31,848 nt of DNA from Anaerovoracaceae bacterium (lineage in GTDB: Bacteria; Bacillota; Clostridia; Peptostreptococcales; Anaerovoracaceae): contig JAZUDB010000134.1 in the NCBI GenBank assembly GCA_045639385.1, forward strand, positions 1 through 31,848, in the 5' to 3' direction. The position numbers and the translations under genes are program-made. The notes beneath the pieces were generated by a model. It searched no databases. It was given only the letters and a program-made list of their open reading frames with translations, and was not told the origin of the DNA. Shown in pieces: positions 9,166-18,316 of this stretch (position 1 is its first letter; every line of letters starts with the position of its first letter).

Positions 9166-10353
9166 ATGAAAAAAGCATTAGCAATCGTTCTCGCACTGAT
9201 CATGGTATTCAGCCTTGCAGCATGCGGAAAGAAGGAACCGGAAGTTAAGACAGTCAAGATCGGTATGGTCTGCATCGGCAACCCGGGTCTTGCATACGAC
9301 TCTAACTTCATCAATGCAGCAGAAGCTGCAGCAGAAACCCTTAAGGCACAGGGTCAGAATGTAGAATGGATTTACAAGTATGACATCAAAGAAGATGCCG
9401 CAGCAGTAAAGACCGCCAACGAAGAGCTGGTAGAAGCAGGCTGTGTCATGGTATTTGACAACTCCTACGGATTCGAACCGTACATGCTGGAAGTTGCAAA
9501 GGAAAATCCGGAAGTTCAGTTCATCGGCATGACCAACTGCGGCGGATGCCTCGACGCTCTGGACAACACCTCCAACGCATTTGCAAGAATCTATGAAGCC
9601 AGATATCTTGCCGGTGTTGCAGCAGGCATGAAGCTGAACGAACTGGGCGAAACCAAGCTCGGTTACGTAGGTGCATTCACATTCGCAGAAGTTATCTCCG
9701 GATACACTGCATTCTATCTCGGCGCAAAGAGCGTATGCCCGGAAGCAACCATGGACGTTATGTTCGTAGGTTCCTGGTCTGATGCAGAAAAAGAAGCACA
9801 GGCAGCAGAAACTCTGATTTCCCAGAACGGATGCAAGGTAATCTCTCAGCACTCCGACAACGTTACTCCGGCAACAAAGGCTGAAGAACTGGGTGCATTC
9901 CACGTTGGATACAACAAGGATATGACCACAGAAGCTGCAAAGGCTTCCATCATCTCCGCAAGAATCGACTGGACCAAGTACTTTGAATATGCTCTCGGCA
10001 AAGCAGTCAAGGGCGAAAAGCTGGATCCGGACTACTGCCACGGCCTTGCAGAAGGCGAAGTTGCTCTGACCACCCTGAACACTGCCATCGCAGCACCGGG
10101 AACCGCAGAAGCAATCGAATCCGCTAAGGCAGCCATCATCGGCGGAAGCGTTAAGCTCTTCAACATGAACGACGTAACCGTAGGCGGCGAACACATCAAG
10201 GAAGCATACGCCATCGATACCGACGGAGACTTCGTTGCAGACAAGGATATGTGCATCACCGCAGAAGGAATCTTCGAAGAATCCAAGTACCAGTCCGCAC
10301 CGTATTTCGGTCTGAGAATCGACGGAATTACACTGGTTAACGAAGCATACTAA
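9166..10353 (+). CDS. BMP-family ABC transporter substrate-binding lipoprotein (likely purine/nucleoside)
   Basis: Lipobox LAAC. Motifs YEARYLAGVAAG, LGYVGAF, FYLGAKSV, SWSDAEKE. AAGGAG RBS. Follows xpt. Confidence 0.92.
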   Translation: MKKALAIVLALIMVFSLAACGKKEPEVKTVKIGMVCIGNPGLAYDSNFINAAEAAAETLKAQGQNVEWIYKYDIKEDAAAVKTANEELVEAGCVMVFDNSYGFEPYMLEVAKENPEVQFIGMTNCGGCLDALDNTSNAFARIYEARYLAGVAAGMKLNELGETKLGYVGAFTFAEVISGYTAFYLGAKSVCPEATMDVMFVGSWSDAEKEAQAAETLISQNGCKVISQHSDNVTPATKAEELGAFHVGYNKDMTTEAAKASIISARIDWTKYFEYALGKAVKGEKLDPDYCHGLAEGEVALTTLNTAIAAPGTAEAIESAKAAIIGGSVKLFNMNDVTVGGEHIKEAYAIDTDGDFVADKDMCITAEGIFEESKYQSAPYFGLRIDGITLVNEAY

Positions 10354-10368
10354 TACACTGTAATCATA

Positions 10369-10410
10369 AAGGAAGGGGGCGAGCCGCAGAGGCTTTCCCT
10401 CTTTCTTGTT
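10369..10410 (+). terminator. Imperfect intra-operon hairpin between binding-protein and ATPase genes
   Basis: Purine-rich AAGGAAGGGGG..GAGCC pairs imperfectly with GGCT..TTCCCTCTTTCTT. Confidence 0.5.
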
Positions 10411-10439
10411 CTTAATGGAAAAAATAGGAGAATATAGTT

Positions 10440-11984
10440 TTGGAAACAACTTATTCCAAACCGCACGCCATAGATATGAAGGGCATTACCAAGCGCTTCG
10501 GAACCAATGTGGCAAACGACAATATTGACCTGTATGTGAACAAGGGCGAAATCATGGCCATTCTGGGCGAAAACGGTTCCGGAAAGACCACGCTGATGAA
10601 CATGCTGGCAGGCATTTATTTCCCGGACGAGGGAGAAATCTACGTAGACCAGAAGCCTGTCACCATCCGGAGCCCCAAAGATGCCTTCGACAACGGCATC
10701 GGCATGATTCACCAGCACTTTATGCTGGTAGACGTTTTTACCGCCGCGGAAAACATTATTCTGGGTCTGGACGACAGCGACAAGTTCGACCGGAAGCAGG
10801 CTGCGGCAAAGGTCAAGGAAATCGCCGACAAATACGGCTTTGAACTGGACCCCAATAAGAAAGTATATGACATGTCTGTTTCCGAAAAGCAGACAGTTGA
10901 AATAATCAAAGTACTGTACCGCGGTGCGGATCTGCTGATCCTGGACGAACCCACCGCCGTACTGACGCCCCAGGAAATTTCTCATCTCTTCGACGTGATG
11001 CGGGCCATGAAGGCGGACGGCAAGTCCATCATCATTATTACCCACAAACTGAACGAGGTAATGGAGATCTCCGACGTGGTGGCAGTGCTGCGCAAGGGAA
11101 AGCACATTAAGACCGTGCGCACCGAAAACACCAATCCGGAAGCCCTCACCGAAATGATGGTGGGCAAGAAGGTGGAGCTGAACATTTACCGCACCGAACC
11201 CAAGAACCCCCAGGCAAGGCTGTCCATCGCCGGTTTAACGGTAAAAGACAACGAGGGTGTAAAGAAGCTGGACGACGTGGGTTTCATCGCCTACGGCGGC
11301 GAAATTCTGGGTATTGCGGGCATTGCAGGCTCCGGTCAGAAGGAACTGCTGGAAGCCATTGCGGGGCTTCGCGGCGTTTCTTCCGGTTCCATCATCTACA
11401 GTCCCGAGGGAAAAACCGCTCAGCAGCTGGTGGGCAAGAGCCCCATGGAAATCCGGGATGCGGGGGTCGCCATGGCCTTCGTGCCGGAAGACCGTCTTGG
11501 CATGGGCCTGGTGGGCGACATGGGCATGACCGACAACATGATGCTGCGCTCCTGGAACAAGGGCAAGGGCATCTTTGTAGACCGCAAGGAGCCGGAAAAA
11601 CTGGCAAAAGAAGTTTACGACTTCCTGGAAGTTGTAACCCCGGACATCGATTATCCGGTGCGGAAGCTTTCCGGCGGCAACGTACAGAAGGTTCTGGTGG
11701 GCCGCGAAATCGCTTCCGGACCTTCCGTGCTGATGACCGCTTATGCGGTCCGCGGCCTGGATATCAATACTTCGTATATTATTTATGACCTGATGGCGGC
11801 ACAGAAAGCCAAGGGCGTGGCGGTTCTCTACGTAGGCGAGGACCTGGACGTACTGCTGGCCCTCTGCGACAAGATTCTGGTGCTCTGCGGCGGAAAGGTT
11901 TCCGGCGTAGTGGATGCCAGAAGTACCACTAAGGAAGAAATCGGACTGTTAATGACCTCTGTAGGCGGAAAGGAGAGCAACTAA
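10440..11984 (+). CDS. ABC transporter ATP-binding protein, two ABC domains (CUT2/nucleoside type)
   Basis: TTG start after AGGAG. Walker A GENGSGKT, Walker B LILDEPT, second domain with LSGGNVQK and a degenerate Walker B. Confidence 0.95.
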   Translation: METTYSKPHAIDMKGITKRFGTNVANDNIDLYVNKGEIMAILGENGSGKTTLMNMLAGIYFPDEGEIYVDQKPVTIRSPKDAFDNGIGMIHQHFMLVDVFTAAENIILGLDDSDKFDRKQAAAKVKEIADKYGFELDPNKKVYDMSVSEKQTVEIIKVLYRGADLLILDEPTAVLTPQEISHLFDVMRAMKADGKSIIIITHKLNEVMEISDVVAVLRKGKHIKTVRTENTNPEALTEMMVGKKVELNIYRTEPKNPQARLSIAGLTVKDNEGVKKLDDVGFIAYGGEILGIAGIAGSGQKELLEAIAGLRGVSSGSIIYSPEGKTAQQLVGKSPMEIRDAGVAMAFVPEDRLGMGLVGDMGMTDNMMLRSWNKGKGIFVDRKEPEKLAKEVYDFLEVVTPDIDYPVRKLSGGNVQKVLVGREIASGPSVLMTAYAVRGLDINTSYIIYDLMAAQKAKGVAVLYVGEDLDVLLALCDKILVLCGGKVSGVVDARSTTKEEIGLLMTSVGGKESN

Positions 11985-13070
11985 ATGAACGAAAAAACTC
12001 CCCTGATTCGTCTGGCAAAGCGGGAAAACGCCAGCAAAAAGCAGATCTGGACCACCCGTCTCTGCGCCTTCCTGCTGGCCCTGCTCATCGGCATGCTGAT
12101 TTATGCGCTGGTGGGAGCCAACCCGCTGGAAGCTTATCAAACCATTTTCTTTGCCAGTTTTAAGAGTAAAATCGGCAGACGGCAGATTCTCCGGAACCTG
12201 ACCACCCTGCTGTGCGCCGCACTGGCACTGGCCCCCTGCTTTAAGATGAAGTTCTGGAACTGCGGCGCCGAAGGTCAGATTACCATGGGCGCCATGGCAG
12301 CCAGTTATTTTGCCCTTTACTGGGCGGACAAGCTTCCCCGGCCCCTGCTTCTGCTGGTGATGGCAATTGCCGCGCTGGTACTGGGCGCCTTCTGGGCAGC
12401 CATCCCGGCCTTCTTTAAGGCAAACTGGAACACCAACGAAACCCTCTTCACCCTGATGCTCAACTACATCGCCATCGGCATCGTGGCCTGGCTCCAGGGC
12501 GGTCCCTGGGAAGGCGTTCCCGGCTCTCAGATCATCCCCATGTTCAAGGAAAGCGCCGTACTGCCCAAGCTCTTCGGTGTACATATCGGCTGGATCGTGG
12601 TGCTGCTGCTGGTTGGCGTGATGTACGTTTACATGAACAAGACCAAGCACGGTTATGAAATTATGGTTCTGGGCGAATCCGAGAACACGGCCCGCTATGC
12701 AGGCATGAACGTAAAGAAAATTACCATCCGCACCATAGCGCTTTCCGGCGCCATCTGCGGACTGGCGGGATATTTCCTGGCGGCAGGCGCCAACGGTACC
12801 CTGAACTCCTCGGTAGCCGGCGGCGTGGGCTTTACCGCCATTACCGTTGCCTGGCTGTCTCAGCTGAACCCCTTCGCCATGACCCTGGTAGCGCTGCTGA
12901 TCGTGGTGCTGGAAAAAGGCGCAGGCTCCGTGTACACCACCCTGGGCGTACCGTCTACCGCATCCAACGTTATTACGGGAATCATTCTCCTGTGCATGCT
13001 GGGCTGCGAATTCTTTATCAATTACCGGTTGATTTTCAGAGGAAAGAAGGAGGCGGAAAATGAGCTTTAA
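11985..13070 (+). CDS. ABC transporter permease (BPD_transp_2 type)
   Basis: Multiple TM segments, motif FWNCGAEGQ, and GESENTARYAGMN (EAA-like loop). Confidence 0.93.
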   Translation: MNEKTPLIRLAKRENASKKQIWTTRLCAFLLALLIGMLIYALVGANPLEAYQTIFFASFKSKIGRRQILRNLTTLLCAALALAPCFKMKFWNCGAEGQITMGAMAASYFALYWADKLPRPLLLLVMAIAALVLGAFWAAIPAFFKANWNTNETLFTLMLNYIAIGIVAWLQGGPWEGVPGSQIIPMFKESAVLPKLFGVHIGWIVVLLLVGVMYVYMNKTKHGYEIMVLGESENTARYAGMNVKKITIRTIALSGAICGLAGYFLAAGANGTLNSSVAGGVGFTAITVAWLSQLNPFAMTLVALLIVVLEKGAGSVYTTLGVPSTASNVITGIILLCMLGCEFFINYRLIFRGKKEAENEL

Positions 13071-14046
13071 TTACATGGGCTTTATCAATGCGGCTGTTGT
13101 GGCCGGCATTCCCATCCTCTTCGGAACCTCCGGAGAGATCCTGACCGAAAAATCCGGCAACCTGAACCTGGGCGTGGAAGGCCTCATGTACATGGGCGGC
13201 GCCTTCGGACTGATTGGGACCTATATTTATCAGCAGGCTGCGGGCGCAGCTGCCGTGGGCTGGCTGGCCGTTGTGATTGCACTGGTCTCCGCCTTCGTGT
13301 TTGGCGCCCTGGGCTCTTTGATCTACAGTTTCCTGACCGTAACCTTAAGGGTCAACCAGAACGTGACCGGTCTGGCGCTGACCATCTTCGGCACCGGTTT
13401 AGGCAAGTTCGTCTGCGAAATCATGCGTCAGAGAGAAGGGGGACAGATTTTCATTCAGAATTATCTGCGCACCAGCTTCTCCGACCCGGTACTGCCGAAA
13501 TTTCTGCAGGACATTCCCTTCCTGGGGGACCTGCTGTTTAAGTACAACATCTTCGTATATCTGGGCTTTGTGCTGGCACTGGCCCTGTACTGGTTCATCG
13601 AAAAGACCCGCAAGGGCCTTTATCTGCAGGCCGTGGGCGAATCGCCGGCCACCGCAGACTCCGCGGGCATTAACGTGGGCAAGTACAAGTATCTGGCCAC
13701 GATTATCGGCGGCGGCATTTCCGCCATCGGCGGCGTGGTTTACGTGATGACCACCGCAGGCACCGTGTGGAGCCCCCACACCCTGGACGGCAAGGGCTGG
13801 ATTTCCGTAGCCCTGGTTATCTTCTGCCTGTGGGACACCGCCAAGGCCATCTGGGGATCTCTGGTGTTCGGCGCGTTAAACCTGATGTTCATGTGGGTGC
13901 CCCTGTCCTGGCTGCCCACCCAGATCTATCAGATCGTTCCCTACATCGTAACCGTTGTGGTACTGATTCTGGTATCCATCCGTCAGAGAAGGGAGGACCA
14001 GCCCCCTGCGGCACTGGGCCTGGCCTACTTCCGGGAAGAGCGGTAA
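13060..14046 (+). CDS. ABC transporter permease (BPD_transp_2 type)
   Basis: GEILTEKSGNLNLGVEG, AVGESPATADSAGINV and GKGWISVALVIF. Overlaps the previous stop. Confidence 0.93.
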   Translation: MSFNYMGFINAAVVAGIPILFGTSGEILTEKSGNLNLGVEGLMYMGGAFGLIGTYIYQQAAGAAAVGWLAVVIALVSAFVFGALGSLIYSFLTVTLRVNQNVTGLALTIFGTGLGKFVCEIMRQREGGQIFIQNYLRTSFSDPVLPKFLQDIPFLGDLLFKYNIFVYLGFVLALALYWFIEKTRKGLYLQAVGESPATADSAGINVGKYKYLATIIGGGISAIGGVVYVMTTAGTVWSPHTLDGKGWISVALVIFCLWDTAKAIWGSLVFGALNLMFMWVPLSWLPTQIYQIVPYIVTVVVLILVSIRQRREDQPPAALGLAYFREER

Positions 14047-14082
14047 AAGTGAGCAAAACTTTTTATTCAAGGAGGTTATCAT

Positions 14083-14520
14083 ATGAAATTTGAAGATCTT
14101 CAGAAAGCGATGATCAATGCGATGAAGGCCCGTCAGCCGGAGCGCAAAGAGGTAATTTCCCTGCTGGTGGCAGGGGTCAAGAAGGCGGCCATCGACGGTG
14201 GCACCCGGGACAACATCGGAGAAGACCTGGTGGACAGCGTCATTTTGAAGGAGCTGAAGGCCACCCGGGAACAGATCGATACCTGCCCCGCAAGCCGTCA
14301 GGACCTGCTGGAGCAGTACAAAAACAAGCTGGCCATCGTGGAGGAATTTGCGCCGAAGATGCTTTCCGCCGAAGAGGTGGAACAGATTCTGACCACCAAG
14401 TTTGCGGAAGTGGTGGCAAGCAAGAACAAGGGTCAGATTATGAAGGCCGTCATGGGCGAGCTGAAGGGAAAGGCCGACGGCAAGGTCATAAGCGAAGTGG
14501 TGGCAAAACTGATCAAATAA
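14083..14520 (+). CDS. GatB/YqeY domain protein
   Basis: MINAMKAR, KMLSAEEV and KGQIMKAVMGELKGKADGK. GGAGG RBS. Confidence 0.88.
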   Translation: MKFEDLQKAMINAMKARQPERKEVISLLVAGVKKAAIDGGTRDNIGEDLVDSVILKELKATREQIDTCPASRQDLLEQYKNKLAIVEEFAPKMLSAEEVEQILTTKFAEVVASKNKGQIMKAVMGELKGKADGKVISEVVAKLIK

Positions 14521-14548
14521 AAAAACGGCCCGGCGAGGCCGAAGAACA

Positions 14549-14586
14549 AAAAAATGCGGGAGTCTGTGCGGCTCCCGCTGTTTTTA
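14549..14586. terminator. Bidirectional intrinsic terminator
   Basis: A-run, stem GCGGGAG/CTCCCGC, T-run, between convergent genes. Confidence 0.8.
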
Positions 14587-14663
14587 TTTTAAGTGTTTTC
14601 AGCGCCGGCCGGCTGCTTTTTGTATATAGAAAACCACGCGATAGCATGGTTTTCTTTTGTGTT

Positions 14664-15695
14664 CTAATCTTTTCCGTATTTTACCGCAGCTTTTACAATG
14701 CCCGGCAGCACGTGGAAAATCAGCTTTTTCTTCTGTTTTGCCAGGTCCTGCACGGTTTTCGCTTCGGTGCTTTCCAGCAGTGCAAAAATCTCTTCCACGA
14801 AGGCTTCCCGCTCGGCGATGGTCATGTTTGCCAGCATATTGCTGACCGCCTTGTCCAGCTTCCGGCCGGAAAAGCTGCGGTTCAGAACGTATGCAAAGCG
14901 GGTGCCGTCCACCGTCCAGGAGAAGGGGTCATGCTGCAGCAGCGAATAGGACGAGCTGCGGATGCTCAGGTAGTCGCAGTTGGCCAGCAGCACGCCCACG
15001 ATGGACGATTCCGGTACGAAGGACAAAATCCGGGGCTCGATGTCCAGAAAGCCTTCGCTCTGCAGGAATTCGTCGGTAAAGCCCGGTCCGTCCATATTGT
15101 ATACGTGACGGACGCGGTCCCGGGTCTCTTTGGGCAGGTTGGCCGCCGCCCACACCGCCAGGTTGCCGCCCTTGGACTGACCGCCCAGCTGCAGGGGCAG
15201 ACCGTATTCGGCGCTCATTTCCGCCGCGTACTGGGCCGCCGCCAGCTGCGCCGGCGTACCGTTCATAAAGGACATATTGCAGTCTTCCTTCCAGCCGGTG
15301 AGGGTGTTGTCCGTTCCCCGGTAGGCCACAAAAAGGGTGTCGTCGGGCAGAATAAAGGTGACCGCAGCAAACTGCTTTTCCGCGGCTTCGTCTACGCAGT
15401 CCACATAGTGAACCATCTGCAGGTCACGGAAGCGCACCGATTCCGCCGCCTTTTGGATCAGCTGCAGGTCGTGATTCTTCATGATGTCCAGCCCCCGGAA
15501 GCGGTCTTCCTCCGGCAGCTTTTCCAGGTCCTGCGCCGCTTTGCGGAAGAGTTTGGTGTCGATTTCCCCGAAACCGGAGAAATTCAGGTACGCGAAAACC
15601 GTCAGCGCCAGTGCATCCACCGCGTTGAAGGGGCTTTCCTCGAAAGTAAATTTACCCTGTTCGTCCAGGTAGCTTAAAAGATTTTTGGATTTCAT
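14664..15695 (-). CDS. DUF2974-family alpha/beta hydrolase (lipase-like)
   Basis: Start at MKSKNLL (ATG at 15695, AGGA upstream). Motifs FNAVDAL, QFAAVTF, VAYRGTD..LTGWKED, GQSKGGNLA, DGPGF, VPESSIVG, QHDPFSW. Confidence 0.88.
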   Translation of the reverse strand: MKSKNLLSYLDEQGKFTFEESPFNAVDALALTVFAYLNFSGFGEIDTKLFRKAAQDLEKLPEEDRFRGLDIMKNHDLQLIQKAAESVRFRDLQMVHYVDCVDEAAEKQFAAVTFILPDDTLFVAYRGTDNTLTGWKEDCNMSFMNGTPAQLAAAQYAAEMSAEYGLPLQLGGQSKGGNLAVWAAANLPKETRDRVRHVYNMDGPGFTDEFLQSEGFLDIEPRILSFVPESSIVGVLLANCDYLSIRSSSYSLLQHDPFSWTVDGTRFAYVLNRSFSGRKLDKAVSNMLANMTIAEREAFVEEIFALLESTEAKTVQDLAKQKKKLIFHVLPGIVKAAVKYGKD

Positions 15696-15723
15696 ATCGT
15701 TCCTGCTGCAATGTCTACCGTTA

Positions 15724-15778
15724 ATTATAGACAATGCGGCCGCGTTTTGCAAAAAAACTCCCCGGGATATGATATAAT
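15724..15778. promoter_or_regulatory. Divergent SigA-type promoters
   Basis: Minus strand: TTGCAA (15747-15752)-N17-TATAAT (15724-15729). Plus strand: extended -10 TGA-TATAAT (15770-15778). Confidence 0.6.
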
Positions 15779-15832
15779 TTCAGCAGCAATCATCGGTTCG
15801 CCGATATTCATCAAAAAAACAAGAGGTTTGCA

Positions 15833-16471
15833 ATGTTTGGATTTACACCTTTGGTAAAAGTTTGTCTCAGCGCGGCAGTCAGCCTGCTGAGCGTTGTACT
15901 GTTCTTCTGTTTTAAGGGTCCGGAGCGGAAATGGTGCATGCTGGGCATGATTTCTTCCACCCTGGGAGACGTGTTCATGACCGATGTAATCGGCATGGGC
16001 GCAGCGTCCACCTATCCCGGCGCGGCCTTCTTTATTCTGGCCCACATTCTCTACGGCGTCTGCTTTGTCCGGGCCTGCCGGCGCAAGGGATACCGCCTGG
16101 TCAACAAGGGCTTTCTGATCGGCATTCTGGTGGTGGTCATGGTGACCCTGGTGCTGACCGGTCTGATGTTTAAAGTGACCGGAAAAATGCAGGGTATGTA
16201 TCTGCCGCTGCTGGCTTACATTGCCTTTATTGGTTTCAACCTGGTGTGCCAGTTTTCTTACGGCTATTCCGAGCAGGGGCTGCGGGGTCTGCTGATTCTG
16301 GGCATGTTCCTCTTTATCGTGTCCGACTTGCTGGTGTTCCTGCCCATGGTGAACGTGTGCGAAGGCACCCACGACTACAACAGCTGGATCTGGTATCTGT
16401 ACCTGCCGGCGCAGCTTCTGATCGTGCTCTTCAATTCGGACTTTAAGAAAAAGACAGAAGAAAAGGCATGA
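15833..16471 (+). CDS. YhhN/TMEM86-family membrane protein (lysoplasmalogenase-like)
   Basis: About 7-8 TM segments with STLGDVFM, FILAHILY and FIVSDLLV (conserved GD/SD motifs of the YhhN family). GAGG RBS. Confidence 0.72.
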   Translation: MFGFTPLVKVCLSAAVSLLSVVLFFCFKGPERKWCMLGMISSTLGDVFMTDVIGMGAASTYPGAAFFILAHILYGVCFVRACRRKGYRLVNKGFLIGILVVVMVTLVLTGLMFKVTGKMQGMYLPLLAYIAFIGFNLVCQFSYGYSEQGLRGLLILGMFLFIVSDLLVFLPMVNVCEGTHDYNSWIWYLYLPAQLLIVLFNSDFKKKTEEKA

Positions 16472-16501
16472 AAAATAACGGAGCATCGGAAGAAAAGAAT
16501 C

Positions 16502-17014
16502 ATGCTTGAATTTTATTTACCCGAATACAAGGATTTGTGGTTCCGCCGCCGTCTTTTGCAGGATGAACAAACGATGTCCTACAATCACGCCTGGGGCGGA
16601 ACCATTGATTTTTCCGAGGAAAGGTGGCCCGCCTGGTATGAACGCTGGATCGCGGCTCCGGAAGGAAAACGCTTTTACAGGTATTTGCGTTGTTCCGCAA
16701 ACGGTGAATTTATAGGAGAGGCTGCCTATCATTTTGAGGGAGACCGCTGTCTGACCGACATTCTTATTTATGCACCGTATCGCAGAAAAGGCTTCGGCAG
16801 AGAAGCCCTTCGCATGCTCTGCGATGAAGCAAAAGAGCAGGGCGTTGCGGCTCTCTGGGACGACATTGCCGCCGATAATCCGGCGTTATCCTTATTTTTG
16901 CAGGAGGGATTTGCCGAGGTCGGCAGAACGGAAACCTGCGTTACAGTAAAGAAAAATCTAAAGGAGGCGGGAAAAGAATTTTGGAGCGCCCGCCTTTTTA
17001 AGAAACTGCGTTAA
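16502..17014 (+). CDS. GNAT-family N-acetyltransferase
   Basis: Acetyl-CoA motif A IYAPYRRKGFGREAL and DNPALSLFLQEGF. Confidence 0.85.
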   Translation: MLEFYLPEYKDLWFRRRLLQDEQTMSYNHAWGGTIDFSEERWPAWYERWIAAPEGKRFYRYLRCSANGEFIGEAAYHFEGDRCLTDILIYAPYRRKGFGREALRMLCDEAKEQGVAALWDDIAADNPALSLFLQEGFAEVGRTETCVTVKKNLKEAGKEFWSARLFKKLR

Positions 17015-17027
17015 CGGAGAAAAAACC

Positions 17028-17393
17028 ATGAAAATTAAAACGATAGAAGGGGATTTTACGGTCTGCAGGCTGCGTTCTGTCGGGGATATCGACCCGACCT
17101 GCGATTTTTACTTTCTCGGAAAAACCGAAGAAGAGATATCGTTGGTTTGCAGAACAGAAAATGTTCCGGCGCATACTGCTGCCCGGGAAGACGGCTGGAA
17201 AGCTTTTCGGATTGAAGGAGTTTTGGATTTTTCCCTTGTAGGGATTCTGGCTGAAATTTCCGGGATTCTCGCAAAAAACGGAATTGCTTTGTTTGCGGTA
17301 TCCACCTATAACACGGACTATATTCTGGTAAAAAAAGATGATTACAAAAAGGCGATGTCCGCGCTTTCTGCCGCCGGATACAGTGCCGCATAA
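17028..17393 (+). CDS. ACT-domain protein (ACT_7/CASTOR-like pair)
   Basis: KTEEEISLVC, GWKAFRIEGVLDFSLVGILA, IALFAVSTYNTDYILVK. GGAG RBS. Confidence 0.88.
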   Translation: MKIKTIEGDFTVCRLRSVGDIDPTCDFYFLGKTEEEISLVCRTENVPAHTAAREDGWKAFRIEGVLDFSLVGILAEISGILAKNGIALFAVSTYNTDYILVKKDDYKKAMSALSAAGYSAA

Positions 17394-17396
17394 AGA

Positions 17397-17430
17397 CCCG
17401 GGAGATGCCCGGAATTTTTTAATCAAACCA
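17397..17430 (+). terminator. Probable terminator after the ACT gene
   Basis: CCGGG/CCCGG short stem followed by AA and a T-run. Confidence 0.45.
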
Positions 17431-17453
17431 TTTTTTTTATAAATTTCAAACCC

Positions 17454-18044
17454 ATGATACAAATACTCAAATATGGAAATACGAATACTTTTTATATTCC
17501 CGGCATTCGGGGCGGTCTGCTGGTGGACACGGATTTTGCGGGCACTCTGCAGGCATTTTACCAGGCGCTCGGGCAGCAGAATCTTCGGCTGGAAGACATT
17601 TCTTACGTGCTGGCCACCCACTACCATCCGGACCACATGGGTCTGATCGGGCAGCTGGCTGAACAGGAGGTAAAGTTGCTGCTGGTAGATGTCCAGAAGG
17701 ATTCCGTGCATTTTTCCGATGCGCTTTTCGACCGGGCAAAGCTTCCGTACATGCCAATCTGCGAAGACCGGGCGAAGCTTATCTCCTGCGAAGAAAGCCG
17801 GGCGTTTCTGGCGGATCTGGGAATTGATGGTGAAATTATTTTTACGCCCAGTCACAGCCGGGACGGGATTTCTTTGATCTTGGATGAGGGCATCTGCATT
17901 GCCGGAGACCTGGAGCCTGCGGACTACATCGAGGCTTACGAAGACAGCGCTTTGCTGCAGGCGGATTGGGCGAAGATAAAGTCCTTCCGCCCTAAAAGGG
18001 TTTATTATTCCCACCGGCCGCCGCAGGAACTGAAGGAATTCTAA
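17454..18044 (+). CDS. Metallo-beta-lactamase-fold hydrolase
   Basis: Motifs LLVDT, ATHYHPDHMG (HxHxDH), TPSHSRD, IAGDL, YYSH. RBS is weak. Confidence 0.85.
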   Translation: MIQILKYGNTNTFYIPGIRGGLLVDTDFAGTLQAFYQALGQQNLRLEDISYVLATHYHPDHMGLIGQLAEQEVKLLLVDVQKDSVHFSDALFDRAKLPYMPICEDRAKLISCEESRAFLADLGIDGEIIFTPSHSRDGISLILDEGICIAGDLEPADYIEAYEDSALLQADWAKIKSFRPKRVYYSHRPPQELKEF

Positions 18045-18120
18045 AAACGGGGACGGTCAGCGAGGGAAAATATCCGAGACAGCCCTTAGAATTGCCGTAT
18101 AACGATCAAAAATACCGGTC

Positions 18121-18316
18121 ATAATGTCAGAATAGATGAAAACAGGGTGTTTTGTCATTATTTTTCTCATTTTTGGCCGAATTTCGAAAAAAAGACCCTC
18201 AAAAAAGCCTGTTTTGAGGGTCATAATGTCAAGAAAGGCTTTTTTCGAGGAAAAAGTCATTGAAAATGAGATCCTTTAATGACAAACGAGGGTAATTTTA
18301 AACCTCGTGACATTAT
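18121..18316. repeat. Array of three spaced dyads AATGWCA-N23-WGWCATT
   Basis: ATAATGTCA 18121 / TGTCATTAT 18153; ATAATGTCA 18223 / AGTCATTGA 18255; TTAATGACA 18276 / TGACATTAT 18308. Every spacer is exactly 23 nt. Confidence 0.85.

Noticed and set aside
9178-11105. Antisense ORFs over the BMP and ATPase genes
   Set aside because: Mirror frames of biased sense codons, with Cys/Phe-rich nonsense composition.
14646-15677. 343-aa plus-strand ORF opposite the DUF2974 gene
   Set aside because: The minus-strand protein carries the complete lipase motif set; this ORF has none.
18121-18316. Integron attC sites or a dif site as an explanation of the dyads
   Set aside because: No RYYYAAC/GTTRRRY cores, no integrase, no cassette ORFs between units, and no match to the 28-bp XerC/D dif layout.
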